A stretch of 64,000 nucleotides of DNA from Tubiluchus corallicola (lineage: Eukaryota; Animalia; Priapulida). The stretch lies in the NCBI GenBank assembly GCA_030141605.1, contig JAQGDQ010000006.1, positions 62,001-126,000 on the forward strand, read 5' to 3'. The position numbers and the translations under genes were made by a program. The notes below the pieces were generated by a model. That model searched no databases. It was given only the letters and a program-made list of their open reading frames with translations, and was not told where the DNA came from. How positions within the stretch are numbered: the stretch's first letter is position 1; every line of letters starts with the position of its first letter. Below are positions 41,285-56,049 of this stretch, piece after piece.

Positions 41285-42060
41285 ATGTTACAATTGATAG
41301 CGCACGACATCGTAATACCAAATAATTCGCGCATATTATAATAAGAAATTAAAGTATAATGTAATAAAAAAACTCGGTAATGTAAATATAATGCAAAATG
41401 CAAATGTAATTACACGAAGTTTAATGCATATTGTATCTGCACAAGACGTATAATGTAATAACTTAAATTATAGGATAGTTGCAAAGTATAAAAAACTGTG
41501 ATCACAATATATTCACAACCGTTCCAGTCTACCAGTGCTATCTAAATGCTATAACACTAATGCTTATAATAATATAATTAAATGGACAGCATAAGTGTTT
41601 TAAGGCTACATACTTACTGTTTTTATAAAATTGTATTTATAAAGCAAATATAAGCAGCTGCTTAGAGTCCGAAATCAAGAGATGATGCGTGAGCATTAAC
41701 TGAACCCGAGTCGATTATTTACTGGTTATATAATAGTAAAATAGAGTCGAGCACCCGAACTAGTCCAAATTACAACTCGTATTAGGTAATGTTTAACGTA
41801 ATTTTTGACGTAATGCTGCAGTGAAGTAAAGGACTGTGTGTTACTATCGTATTCAGATATATTTCCACAGGAATATTCTTGTAGACCTATGCATGGAATG
41901 GATAAGCTCCAGTACCAAGTAACATTAATTCAACTAGTTATTACATTATGTCATTACGTTACATCGTGCAATTTATCGGTTGGAATTTTTGTTACTACAT
42001 TCAGTGGTGTTACAATATACGTTAAACTTCTGGTTATTACTTTATGTGTTAAATTTTGTA
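41285..42060 (+). mobile_element. Foldback/long-TIR non-autonomous element, copy A (left arm, core, part of right arm)
   Basis: Starts TGTTACAA, left arm has AATGTAAT repeats, right arm TTATTAC repeats; core aligns by eye with 22175-22830 (e.g. TAATAATATAATTAAA, AAGCAGCTG, TAGTAAAATA, TGCATGGAATGGATAA, GTGTTACAATATRCGTTAAACTTC). Confidence 0.75.
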
Positions 42061-43547
42061 AAGTTATCCCGAATGATGCTACGTAAAAAATAAACAAACG
42101 TGTTAAAGCTGTATGAAAGAGCCTGGTGCAGTCTTTCGAAGCAATCTGAAGACGATATAATCTTATTTTGGTGTAGGTATGTTCATGCCGATCAACAAAA
42201 CTTGACTACCGCCAATCGTTTTCACGTTCTTCAAGCCAGCCAAAAAATGTAAAATTATAAATTACTTGCATCAAATTCGCGTATTATGGTAATCAGACAA
42301 TTATTTCAGTTATTTTATCAAATAAACAATATCGTTTTCATACAGTCCATAATTGCATTCAGCAAATCAGTAAATTACCCATGTTTTCCTCATTGCCTGG
42401 AGGGTACGTTTAACAGAAGACAACTGTACAATATTATGTAGATCAGGAGTAGGTAATTGCGCCGCGTTTCTACGACTGCATGAATCTGCATCGTGTGGCA
42501 ATTTTGCTCGTCAGAAATAATGAGTAGAGTAGCAAGAGAGTAGGGAAAAGCACATAATGAGACTTATTGAATACACTTATTCTGTTCTCTGAATAACAAC
42601 ATCAACGTGATTATAGTAGCTTGCAAAACACCATGAACTACTCAGATTGCTTGTTACGCTCCCCAAAAAATGAATGCAGTTTTGGCTTCGCTTTTCACTT
42701 TTTGACGATTTCAAATATTTTTTAACGAGTATGTGAATTAGTCACTCAAAGACAACATTCAGTTCTGTGAATAACGTACTGTCTACATATTTAAAGAGAT
42801 GAGATTAGTTAAGCAGTCCACAAGAAATAGAAACGGCTCTTGAAAGCCTGCTACATGAGCAGGGTGACAAACACGATGCCAGGCCGATGAAGTTAAACCT
42901 CGCAAAATAAAACAACTTGCCAGTTTATCATTCCTCAGTCCTATAGATCTTCACCGTGATAAGTCGTTAATTAGCAGCCTTTTTCAATTCGCCTCTTCAG
43001 ATCTGCTGGATCTTTTACCTCCTGTTTGTTTGTTTTTCTAAAACTTAACTTTTTCTTAAAAGTTACTTCATTTCAAGACTTTTTTGACCTTGAACCATGT
43101 AATCAAAGTAAGTCATCCCTATTCCACTAAAATCTACTTTTGTCATGTGAGAGTGAGAGTTTGTTTTTTGAACAAGTTTTGCAGTTTGTGATTATAAACT
43201 TACACTCAAAAACTCAAAAAGCTAGACTAATGACGTCCATCTGTTTGACCTTTGACCTTTACCTAAGATCTAGTCTTCAACGCGATAGAACCCATGTCAT
43301 TCGTGCCAAATTAAACGCATTGGCTTGGTTTTAGGGAGGGCCGTATCTCACTGTTGCCTTTCTCTTCTTTATGGCCGCTCCTAACCAGCCATTTTACGCC
43401 TGTGAGCTCTTCAGGCAAAATACGCCTATTTTTCGTGGAATCTGACACCAGTCAACTGCACAGTGTTACCCTAGGAATATTACACACCATTTTCTTCTGC
43501 GCTAATAGCAAATGGGCACATTTTTCAAGTTTCACGTAATTCGTTTT

Positions 43548-43862
43548 CTAGGGAACTTCATTAATGTCAATTTTGCTTTTTTGTAAGAAAAAGATAAATG
43601 CTTGGTTATAAACGTTATCTCCTTATAGCAAGATCGTTACAACAAAATATTTACAGGATATCTTTATGTCATTATATCTTTGTCCTAATGAGATGCCCTT
43701 TGTCCTGATACTACTTCATTACAATGAGATAGCTGTGTCGTTTTACCGAGGTATTACATCGTTATAACGAGATACTATCTCCTTGTGAAACTACGTCTCA
43801 GTATAACGAAGTATTTATTTATTTTTTCAAAAACAAAATAGATTACTAACAAAGATCCGTAG
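43548..43862. mobile_element. Small TIR element carrying degenerate ~21-bp palindromic (ATCTCGTTATAACGAGAT-type) tandem repeats
   Basis: Repeated CGTTATAACGAGAT / CATTACAATGAGAT / CGTTTTACCGAGGT units at 43610-43810; ends CTAGGGAACTTCATTAAT and ACTAACAAAGATCCGTAG are weak inverted repeats. Confidence 0.45.
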
Positions 43863-45290
43863 TTATCAGTAAATCATCAAAAATTCAAAGACGCGTTGAC
43901 GCAGCTGCTTGATTTCTGCGATTTCGCACTGCTATTCGCAGCAAAATATCATGTGCATACACACACATCGTTATAAAATCTTGTCCGTAATTTTACCTCA
44001 TTAAGTTGTAGGAAATGTTATCGGGTACTTGGACTTGATTACTGGTTTTTGAGTTTTCTGAAAGCAAATGAAATTATTCTGCGGCGCCAATCAATTCGAT
44101 TAATCAACGATTCAACAGCGTCTAATGTTATTCTTCCAACAAGTAACTACTTAGTGCGACACATGAGGAAGAAGCTGGCAGTGTTGAGAGTGACAAATTT
44201 TGCAAAACAACAACTTTGATTCACTTACTGAAAGCAAAATTAAATAAATGAGCCTCAAAAGAATATAATCGCAGCAAATATAAAATAAGTCACAAAGAAT
44301 ACTTATTTATATTTCGCGAATAACTAAAAAATATAAATAAACACTATGAAGTTTTTGTTTACAAATTAAAAGAATATGCATTAGACAGCCCCATCTGGTC
44401 ACCTGTTAATGGATTGCCTTCATTGCCTCACTAATAATGAATAAAGTACTTGTTAGCATTAAAAATGCAACTTCAGCAAGAATTGTAAGCTGAATGACTT
44501 GAATACTTGAGATGAGTTGAGCTGAGTTAATTATAATGAAAGCTAAATTTAAAAGGTTTCTAATTCAAATTCAAACTCGGTATTCAGATTTCCATCCTTT
44601 GTAAAGGTTTGGTTTCAAAATTTCAATAATTGTGCATTTAATTATTCAGTCGAGTAATCTTGAAATAAAAAATAACTGTCAATTGCCTACTATAAGAGAA
44701 GTTATATTGGAAAGAAAAACCACAAAGAGTTTTATGAGAAGCCACACATGCTTCAATGAGTCTACATGTGCGCTTTTTATGAGAAATAGTACGACCCATG
44801 CGGGAGACGGATGTCATTAAAATAAGGGCGGGCCCCTTGTCGTCTATTACATACATGTGGGCATACCTGGTATATCACGGCGTATGTGTAAGTCATTTTT
44901 AACAAGGAATAACGAACCTTCTGGTCATAAACCAATTAAGATAATTAATTAAGGTACAGAGTAATAGTTTGTCTGACGTATATGCCCATCAAGACTGGTA
45001 AGACAATTGTGTCCAAAAACTACAGAGCCTAAATGTAAGCTTTGTTGTAAAGATTCGGCAAAAACACATGAAATACGTTTCAAACACCTTAAATTTATTG
45101 AAAACCGAAAATTACTAATTGCGAACTATTAGGAGATAAATTTTAAACAACTGTTCTCTGTTTCAAAATTCTGAGGCTGCTCCACACAATAGTTGACTTT
45201 AAGGTGGCAGAAATTTTGAGAGGCTCAAATAGATTCTGATTTTTTCGAACATTTTCATAGTTTCGTTAAAAGCTTTTCCTTGTTTGCTTG

Positions 45291-45337
45291 TCAGTCGGTC
45301 GGACGGTCAGTCAGTCAGTCAGTCAGTCAGTTAGTCA
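45291..45337. repeat. (TCAG)n microsatellite
   Basis: Directly visible. Confidence 0.9.
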
Positions 45338-46686
45338 TAATTAAACAGATTAAAATGTTAGGTTAAAAACTTTCGTAAGACATCTTACTCGTATGTAAGC
45401 CGTTGCAATACTAATTATAATCTAACGTAGCAATGAACTTTTATTTTTTTTCTTTTCAGGCATGCTATCGTAAATAAGTATTTGTCCTGGAATTTTAATC
45501 GTGTGTTCTTATTTTATATTATTATATTTCTTTATACCAGGACAAAATAAACTAATCAATGTAATAAACACTAACATTTTGTAATGACAGTTCGCTGCTG
45601 TAGGACATCGAAATAATCTTTAGATATTACGCCGATATATGTTTACAACTTGGTGCTTTTTCAAAATTAAAAACAATCAAACCAGAAAATTACACTCAAA
45701 GTTCCGACACAGTCAATCAGTCAGTTTGTGATTTGTGAGAAAAAGTTTCATACATGACTGTGTAATTTATGAAACTGTTTAGTGTAGGTATATAATTACA
45801 TTAGTTAATTTACCATGGTTTCTGTCAGACTCTATTGCTTTATACACCATTGTTACTTCTGTTTTCCTTTTACTTTCCCATCAAAATATCAGACGGATTC
45901 TAATGAGTGCCATTCTAGTTCTAATGTATATTTTGACTTGATTTCAACAGACTAATTGCATTACCAGCCTACATATAAGCTGTATTTTTTATCGAAAAGA
46001 AAAGAATCAATGAAGCCAGATGAATGTATATATTTTTGCTCACTAAGCAAAGGAAGCCTTAGCAATGCAAGTCAATCTCGTTTCAACTAATGGAATACGC
46101 AAACCTCCACAAACACAGAAGACCCACAATGTGAACTTGTAAAAAGAGACAACGTTTACGGAGAACAAAGAAAATGTCATATAATTTATATGCATTTTCA
46201 CACACTATTTGCCTTATCTTGTGTAACGTGCTACTCTGTTTGCATAATGCCTTTACAAAAACTGACAGTGCGAGAATTGAAAATAATAATTCCTCAGTCG
46301 TGAATGCAAATAAGCTATAGATGGAAGACAACATTTATTTAATTCTAGTGTGTTATTACAATGACAGAAAGTATAGATAATAATTGAGCTTATGAATAAG
46401 GACTTATTTGCTATCGAACTGGAAGCCTATATTGTACTGGTATGGTAATAACAGTCGGATATTTATTGTACGAGTTGTAACATTAAATTTGGTATTAGTG
46501 AGACTTATCATTTCAAATGTTTTTGATAGGACGCAGCCAATAATTCAGGGGCTGCAAGTTTTGCAACCAATTCGCCGCATGAAGCACGATGACACTCTGA
46601 TCTGCACTTCAAAAAGGAGGCTTGCGCTTATTGCAAATACAATCAATTATTTGTTATGTTGGAGAAAGTAATGAAGAAGAATGATT

Positions 46687-46730
46687 GAGAGAGAAAGAGG
46701 AGAGAGAGAAAGAACGAGAGAGAGAGAGGG

Positions 46731-46761
<31 letters not shown>

Positions 46762-46787
46762 GGAGAGAGAGAGAGAGAGAGAGGAGA
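46687..46787. repeat. Imperfect (GA)n microsatellite
   Basis: Directly visible. Confidence 0.97.
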
Positions 46788-49700
46788 TTTTTTAACCCGA
46801 CAAGGTCTCCTGTACATTAACAAACTAGCAGTACAAAACTGCAGTGGTCTAGAGCGTTTACAGATCTACCACACCACGAACAATAGTTTTCTGAAAGCTT
46901 GTTCAAATTAGAACTTGGTGTAGGTTTAAAATAATGAGACTACATGCAGCACGCATTAAAAAGATCAATGCGAGGCCTTTTAATTTTGCTCAAGTAAAAA
47001 CAACTTTTTTTCGTTTCTCTAACATCGAAATCCTTCGAGCGACACATTGTATTGTTTCTTTGAATGCCGTGGCTAATAATTTGGAAGATTTTAATGAATT
47101 GCTGTCTTTTTCTAAAATTAGGTTTTTTATACATATTTGAAATTGTCGAGTCTAAGTCTGCATACCGCACGTTGCTGTGCTGTCAAATTTGGCAATATCG
47201 GCATTTGTTCTGCCATAAACTCCTCTATACTTTGTTTGTATAGCCTGACATTTGCATAAAAGTGTTCCTTTTCGCTCGAACATAAATATAGATTTTCTGA
47301 CAAATGTAGTTAGGAAGGCAGTTCCTTGTTTCAGAAACAAAAACTCAATAAATCACATTTAGGGCTTCCTTTATTGCAAAGGAACGAATATGCACTATTT
47401 GCACAACTGAATTGCGCAAGGAAATTATGCTCGAAAATTTATAACAAAGCTCATAGGAAGTAGCATTCACAAAGTGGGTTGTTCATAAATCAGAGATGAC
47501 ACGAATATATGCATTCAAACAGTTTGCTGACAAATATTTAATATTTAAATGAGCAACTTTCTCTTTTGAGTTGTGGCGATGATTTATGAGTTTAGTTAAG
47601 ATCAATTCTTCAAGCACATTACATGGTCATCAGGCTTAAGTGGCGCAAAACAGTTATGCGTATTTACCTATTAGAAAACTTTACAAAGCCTTTTATTTTA
47701 CAGTTACAATTGCGAAACATTTACATGACTGAACGAAGAGATACATGTACCGTTAGAGGTTTGAGAAAATTCTCGATGCAACTTAATTATCAGTCAATAT
47801 CAAACACTTCTCTGAAAACCATATAAAAAATCAGCAATCAAACATTTAAGTACTTGAGATGTTTGATTATCTAACATACATCAAGATCTGTAGAGTACCC
47901 GCCTGCATGTGTTACTATTACCTCGATCAATTGGTTTCTGAAACGAAACTGATGCAAGGTCTAATAAACTATATTAAAACTAAATACTGTCATTTAGTTA
48001 GCCTTGCGGCCTTGATAAGGCTGGCTAAAGAGAAAGATTAAAACTGAGCCGCTTTAAAGTAACGTGCCAGCTCTATTGTTCTGCCAGCTGCTTTATGGCA
48101 ACTTGTCTGCTTTGCTTCAACTTTAGAGCCAGAACTCGTCACATATATATAATTGTACACCTTAGTTTTGATTGTAATGTAAACACTGGCAACAAGAACG
48201 TTTCAATCTCAAAACTTTTACGCTATTTTTAAACTTTCGCCGTCACCCAGTGCCTGAGCATCCTAATAACCACTTCACGTACGTATAGGGTTTTTCGTAA
48301 GTTTCCCATTATTTTTAAAACTTTGCTACAAATAGCAATTATAAGACAAACCACATGACAATTTGGCTGCTGAGTCTATCTATATCTATGAGAATTTTGT
48401 TGGTAGACGTTGCAAGGTATACGATTCGACAAACGAGGAAGTCATGCGATTTTACACCTCTGTTCCAGATCAGCATGACAAGTAGAAGAAAACCGCGCAA
48501 TACTTACAATGTAGAAAATACCTTGGTAAGAGTTTTGGTAGTGGGTGTCCTAGTTAGTGAGAAGGGACGACTCAAGATGAACGTCGTTAATGGATTGGCA
48601 GTGAAGAAAATTGAAATTAAAATTACTGAGTGACTTATAAAAAAACTAGTTTTTGCCATCGCACTATTTGTAAGATTCGCGTAAGGTTTTACATTTGACT
48701 GGGGATAATTCAGTTTGGTGGGTTATGTGGATGACTGGATCCGCATGATTGGGTCTGGCTGAGACGACGCAGCAAAAACTTCTACCCAAAGCTACTTGTT
48801 GTAATAGATTTGACACATTGTTATCAGTCGATAAAAACACATTTTAATACTTGAATAAAGATTATCTCCAGAGAATCAAAATCTGTAAATTCAACGGTAA
48901 TTCAACGTGTAGTCTTTCACGTTACAACCGTATCTTAAAAAAAAGATTCAGTATCCAATGTCTAAGAAGTGTTTAAGAACCCTTGTCAAGATAGTCTACT
49001 TTGACTCTCTTATTACTGCTAGTTTATGAAGCTTTTTTGTCTCATATCGCATCGCCTCATTGAGCAAGCGATATGTGATGTTGGTGCAATTGGCTTCGTT
49101 TGTAAAACGCTAAATGACGAAAAAGCGAAAGAGTTGCCTCTCCTTAAACAGAATTCTAAGATTACGTCCTGAAACCTGTTAAAATTTCTGCTCTGTTGCG
49201 TGACGTGAAGCAGTGCGCCTGTTTACGGGTTAATAATGCTCGTAACACAATCCTTGCATTAATGCCACAGGCAGGGAAACACATGCTGATTTTTGTATCC
49301 ATCCATGCATGCTGCTGTCTTACCTGAGGCACTGGCATTGTGCTTTTCAGTTGCCTGGCAACCATTAAACATTTTTCTTGAACAATTATTATATTTTTTT
49401 ATAGTAGCAAACAAGTCGGACACGCCATTACGGTTAAATGATATTAAAAGGAGAATGCAGCCGTCGATGATAAAACGTACCAGCTAACACATTCGATTCA
49501 GGAAGGCATTTTGCAAAATTGCACGTTCTTTTTCTTTGCTTTTGAAATATGTTGTATAAAAGCGGAAGCTAACTCGTTTTCACTGTGTCGCCGCGTGATT
49601 ATACGTCACGCACTATATATTTCTCTCTGGCTTCTTTACCTATATTTAAACTGGCGAGAAATAACCGAATGTCCTTTGATGCAGGTAAAGCACAGGATTA

Positions 49701-50324
49701 TGCATAATTTTGGCTTCTCGTTTTCATGTACCTGTAGCATTTTTGCATGAACACGTGCAGATCATATAATTTAAAGTATTTTAAATGAAAACATTCAACT
49801 TTTTTACATTAGTTTCAACCTTGCTTGAGGATCTTAAGAAATTGTCTAAACTCGTTAAACGCAAACTGTAACTTCTTCTCAAGTGTTAGTTGTTTGAACA
49901 AGGACATTTATATAAATAGTTTGTAAATGGTTCCGTGGGTTGAATGGATGTTGTTCAGTAGTAGTTCGTTTTTATTGACTAATTTCTTTTTCAAAACGTA
50001 ACATATACTTAACAATGGTGGTGTAACATAGAATTAGACCACAGAATTTACAAAATTATAGTACCCGACATCCAAACACAGCTTCACTATTAAACTATTA
50101 ATTCACACAAGGTAATGTAACTTATATGTATACACACACTATTCAAACCCTTTCAAAAAAGATAACAAATTTCAAATGCATTTTGCAAGACAGTATTGAA
50201 ATTAATGGTTCGAAGTCTACATTGGAAAACCTGCATGGTTAAGCGATGAAAAATAGAAGTTTTTCTGTAATTGATTAGATTTACAGAGCCATTGCTGGTA
50301 CAAATGTAGTAGTTATTCCAGCTT

Positions 50325-50955
50325 TTAAAGGAAAACCGGACCCAATCTTAAATTGTAGGTCAAAACAATCTACTCTTTTAAGTATTGAAAAGAAACATAC
50401 TATTTTTCAAAAATGACTTAGGTGATAGAATTATTACCATACAAATGCAATTTTGGGTTTGCGCCACGCGTTCTTCGTCGTTATATATATTTCGCCTTTC
50501 GCTAGTTAGGCGGGCACTACCACGTGCATTTCGGGAACGTGTTGCACAAAAAACAGGTGCCGCACCGCTTAGCTCAGAGGTGTTCGTTTGCGGTGTACTG
50601 CACACATTCAACAGCACATTCGTAAGCACAACGGTAAATTTTAAATTTTAATTTTAATCTTAAAAGTTAAAACTTGCCGTAAAATTAGTAAAACACACTG
50701 AATCGTTTACAGTAGTGCTTCATTTTTTTAATTTTTGCAAACAAGTGCAACAAGCTCATATAATGTTTTTGCTTTTGAAAATTACGTTCGTTTGTGATGT
50801 TACCGATACCTGGGCTCGCCCGCCGTTAATAATGATTTTAGCCTATTATTTAATTATCAGAAACGCTTTTGCAGGTCTTACTGGTGTTGAAATGTATGCT
50901 TTTACCGTATTTGAAAATGGGGTAGTATAAGAAAAATCGCCCTGTCATCCTTTAA
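50325..50955. mobile_element. Kolobok-like non-autonomous element (TTAA TSD)
   Basis: TTAA|AGGAAAACCGGAC left and GCCCTGTCATCCT|TTAA right (imperfect TIR), plus subterminal inverted ATACTATTTTTCAAA / TTTGAAAATGGGGTAGTAT; GC-richer core. Confidence 0.5.
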
Positions 50956-53900
50956 GCTGTGAAGCAGGCCGATATAAAGACATAGTAGCATTGACGCTGA
51001 TACGCGTGAAGCAATTGAGGAGAATTACTAATAGTAGATACACAAGCGTACGAACGGTGGACCAGTTTTTAGTCTGCACGCGTTTCAGAGCTGTCTCCTT
51101 ATTGTTGGGTCACTTTGAATTGGTGTTTGATCATGCGGCAGATCTGAGGATGAACGTCGCGTCAATACTGTGCACCTGTTACGAAAAAGCCTCTGGCAAA
51201 AATTGATATAATAAGTAATTTGCTACTGCCACGTGCACGAATGCAGCTGCTAGGCCACAATGAAAGACCTTTATTAGGAACTACGTATAAAATTTCGGCA
51301 AAATAAAAGTTGTGGTTTACGAATAGTAGAAGTTGTAGTTGTAGAATAATAATAATGCATTATAATTTTACAAAACACCAAAAAATTGTTACGAAAATTT
51401 TATGTACGTAGTCACATAATGCAGTTAGGTCAGTGATACACATCAAACAGTAACTGTATACCAATTTCAAACTGAAATCCCAGCAGTGTTTTCATTTGTG
51501 ATTTTAATTGACGGTATCCCACAACATAATTGCAGTAGGAAAGGTTGAAACCGTTTGTCAATATGAAAAATTTTATTCGTTTACAAAACACGGAAAAAGA
51601 CTCTTCTCAACCACCCAACTGCAGCTGACTGCGAGTGCCAACACATCATGCCCCCTGCTTTTAGTCAGCTAACAGCTTTCAGTTATTTTGCTTTGCTTGC
51701 ACTGATACAAACCAAACGCAAATTTATAATCCATCAACTTCTACAAATACGGCTTTTTCTATTTTGCAAATTGTTTCATTCCGTTCTTTTTGAATGAAAA
51801 TGAAAGCGCTGGTTTAAGCAAAGTTTCAGTATATTCTATACGTCTCTGAGCGGTTCATTTGATGATATCACAATTAACTATTGTAGACGAATCAGGCACA
51901 TTCCTAAATAATTAAATCTTATTGGCACATGTGACTCTGCGTAAATAGTAATTGTCTGTGGGCGCTGCTAGGGGATCTTACAAGTCATCAGTCCACAATT
52001 TCCCGTCCTTAAATCAAACACTGGAGTCAGCATTTACATTTCAGATTATTACACTGCTGAGTCAACACCGATCTAATGAAAGTCGAGTTAAACTATGTGT
52101 AGGACCTTAACTTCTTAGGAAGAATTCACTGGCATTGTTTTTGCAGTTTCAGGCAGCAAACTGTTGAGTGTAGGCCTAACTTTTCGAATACAAAAACGTA
52201 TTCGAATACTATTATACAGAAACATATTTGATGACAGTTAGTTTTCATCTGCTTTTAAAATTGACGACATTTAACTTTCAGAAACTGGCGCTAAACCGTA
52301 GTTCTAGGCCACCCTTTGTTTAATTTATGTAAATGTAGTAACTGTGCTCTAGTGCCCACACATGTGTAACGGATTTGTAGTTAAGATTATTTAAATTGTT
52401 AGTGTTTTGGACATTTTTGACGCCTACTTGGTACTAGATACACTTGAATCAGTCAGTAATGTATGTGTGATCAATTCTTGTAACATGGGCGAGAAAATCA
52501 ATGAAACACGCTGCTTTTAAATAGAGATTAATTCAGGCAGAAGTTGGGCATATTTGCCCAAGTTTCATCCCTGAGATACTCGTGTTCTATGTAAGCACTA
52601 GAGGCCAAAGGCTGTGTCAATATGGACGACTCTGGTGACAGACATTAACCACGAGGATTTTCGAGAGTCAATACAAGCCTGGTGGCTTCAGAAGTTATTA
52701 ACAATGCAGCTGTCACAGTTGGGAGGTAGGCTAATACTAACTGTCGATTACAGTTACAAATGTCCGAAATTACCAATAATCCTTTCGATTATAACATTTA
52801 TAATGCTTCAGTAAGCATTTATTAGACCCTACAACTTTTTACGTCATTTTCTGCCTTGCTTTCAAACTCACTAGAGTTCTTAGCTGTTAATCTAAGCTTT
52901 CAACCATGGAAAAACAAAATGGCCTATTGCGACGAACAAATAACAAGCACTTACAATACACGCAAGTAAAACTAATGCAAGAGATGTGTTTGACTTGACT
53001 TCAGTAATTTTATACGCTAAGCTGAAAATGTGAATAAGCGATTTTGGACGAGAAGCCAAAGAAATAATTTTGTAAGTTTATTGAAATAAGAGCTAATGTT
53101 TTGTGTTTCTATATCCAACTATATCCACGCAGTTTCATAGTTTCACCCATTTAATTACATTAACAGCGTCTTATTAAGCTTTACTGGACATTATTTTCAC
53201 ATCCATTAGCACTTTGACATATATAGACACCTAAAGCTTCACTGCTACGAAAATCCTAATCATATTCTACATAATTACGCAGTTCTAATGGTGAAACCTG
53301 TTGCAGTTAGAGAGTAGTTTGAGAGGGTTGCCCTGGGTGTCACTTTCCTGAACTCACACTAATGGAAGGACATCTACACCCTGAAGCTATAATTGTTCGT
53401 CGGCGATGATTATCGCTGATGGTTCCAATTATTCCTAGCATCACGAATGCTGAAGGATACTACTGGCAGTGCGACACGTATAACATTTCTCACGCAGTGC
53501 ATGGATAATGCATTAGAAAACAAAATGCCTCATCAAGTTTGCTAAATGCACAGAGTTACAGTTTTTAGTCAACAATCAACATTCACTAAAGTGTAACTAT
53601 TTTCAAGTAATCTTCCTAGGTTTTCCGTGATCTTCCCAAATCAAAATAACAAAAACAGGCAATGTGGCTACTTTATTTCCTTAGAGTAATAGTATACAAC
53701 GATATGTTTTTCAAAGTTTTTACCCATCAGTGGTTTGTAATTAGTGATAGCCTTTATGTATAAAGTGCTTAATTTGTTAAACAGGTAGTGTTTTGCTTCT
53801 ATTAACCATGCTCACTACGTTACACTTAATATAGCAATACAGCTGTACTACGAAAAGCAGCAAGTTAAAGTTTGTTTAAAACGTGCCATGTTTAATAAAT

Positions 53901-56049
53901 CCTACAAAAATTTGATGTATAACTATTATCGCTTTTTTATAATAGTGGAATTCTAAAAGCACGCGTGTGTCGCTCGCGTAATTGGCGTCAATACCTGCTG
54001 TAGAGCAGAGAGTTACTCGAATTTAGAAAAGCAGGCAATGGCCAGTCGTCAATGATTCAGTGATAAGAAAAATTCTCTAAGCAGTTGTTAAGTGAACTCA
54101 GTTATGAATGTCAGGGGGGGGGCTTAATTAAAGTCCGGACCTCAATACTTGAAAAATACGCAAACTGCTATCAGTGTTTTTGTATAATACCACACAGCTT
54201 TTTGCAATCAACAATGGCATTGGTTCATGTAAGTTGCAAATGAGGAGCGGAGCATCGGTGCGCTTTCGAATGAAAACAAGTATACCACTTCCAACTGAAC
54301 CCAGAAGATTACTTATGTTCTTCTACTATTTACTACAGAGCGTGTTTTTATAATAGAGGCGGCTTCTTGTTCAAACATAGTTCCGCCTCTGCTTGATAAA
54401 AAGCTATTAATACCAGACCGTGTCTCTCGAGAAAAGAGCTTCAAAAAACTGTTAGAACTCAAGGATTAATGAAACAACGTGCTGCTTTTCACCTATAAAG
54501 AACCTCTGAGACAAACGCTTTTGACGCCACGTCAGAAATAAAAGACTGTTATTTGCCGCTGTTGAAGCCATTAAAATTTCAAGGAGTGCAACCTACAAAG
54601 GAAGATTAAGAAGTGGAAATGATGTTGCGAACAGTATCATGGATAATCAAAGGAAGTAATCGTCTGTGTACAGGAAAGCACAATATTGGGAATGAGACAC
54701 TTTTTGGGAAAATGCCTTTTTCAAACAGATTGCACACAAATTGGCACCATATTAATAATGCAAAATCTTCATAATAATAATTAAAAGTCACAAAGTTTAG
54801 TGATAAAAGTGTGTCAACATTTTATATAATAATTATTTTATACATTATTACTACTGACGATAGTTGCTGTGACGACTGAAAGATATCGATAATAATACAA
54901 AAAAACAGAGACCGAAATTTTGAAACCGTCAATGCGACCTGAATGTACGTAATGATACATGCAACGATACATTAGCGTTTGGGAATACAAACATTTCTAT
55001 TTGGTCACACTGTGGAAGTAGCCCTAATGGCTGCATAGCGAACAAAGTTGGCTTCAAATCGAAATTCTAATTCAAACTGATGACTTTAATATAAGCAAAA
55101 GAATTTAATATGGGCTGCCATAAAACAGCAAAAATGTCTGTTGAAAGCAAGCACGTCTTTGAAAATAACTTTGATGCAGTTACACTTGTTTGTCACGAAT
55201 GTTTAGTACATTTTGTCCCGGCATCTGTGGGAGACTTGCCGTAGTCTGTGAGCCAGCTATGAATGAAAACAGGATTCATTCAGGCGGAATGTGTTGCACA
55301 TTAACATGTAGAAACAAACTTTAATGTTGACAAGATCTACAATTAAATGGAGGTACTTTATCGTGAAAGAAGTTTTACGACCGGAAAAAAGATATAAAGG
55401 ATGCTTTTAGCGGACTCTAACTACATTTTATTTTCGCTTTCAATGTGGAAAGGAAACTGCCTTAGTCATGCAAGCCAATTTATTGGCCTCTATTAAAATC
55501 TTATCTCAGTGTCTGCGATCTTTCATGCCGTGCAGATCTAAATAATTTTAAACTGATTTGTTATTGCGATTTTAATTGGAAAATAAAACAAAAGTGACTC
55601 GCAAATTCACTACATGTAAACCCTATTTCACTGCAGCCAACGAAAGTTTCATTTTTTGGGGTTTTTTTTTTTGATAATCTTCTTTCAACTCTATCATGCA
55701 GAAGTGAACTAAGATATAATTTCGCAAGACTATAATCATAATTATAGTTTCTGTGCGTAATTTGCGTAGTTATGTGTAGTTTTCATTACACTTTAGTAAT
55801 AATTATTGTTATGACAACAATAATAATAATTTAAACTACTTCTGAGTATGTTTTATTGTTCCTACCCTAATAAGTATTAAACTAAGCAAAACACATTTCT
55901 TTTCTTCCTAGCTATGAGCTTCTTTACGGATTGGGGCGTGTTGCAAGCTTTCTAGTAAGCTCGGTCAGTAGTCAGTGTTCACATATACAATCTCTGAGGT
56001 ACAATAAAGCCATCTTAGATTACATTTGTTGAAGGTTTGCGAGCTCAGT

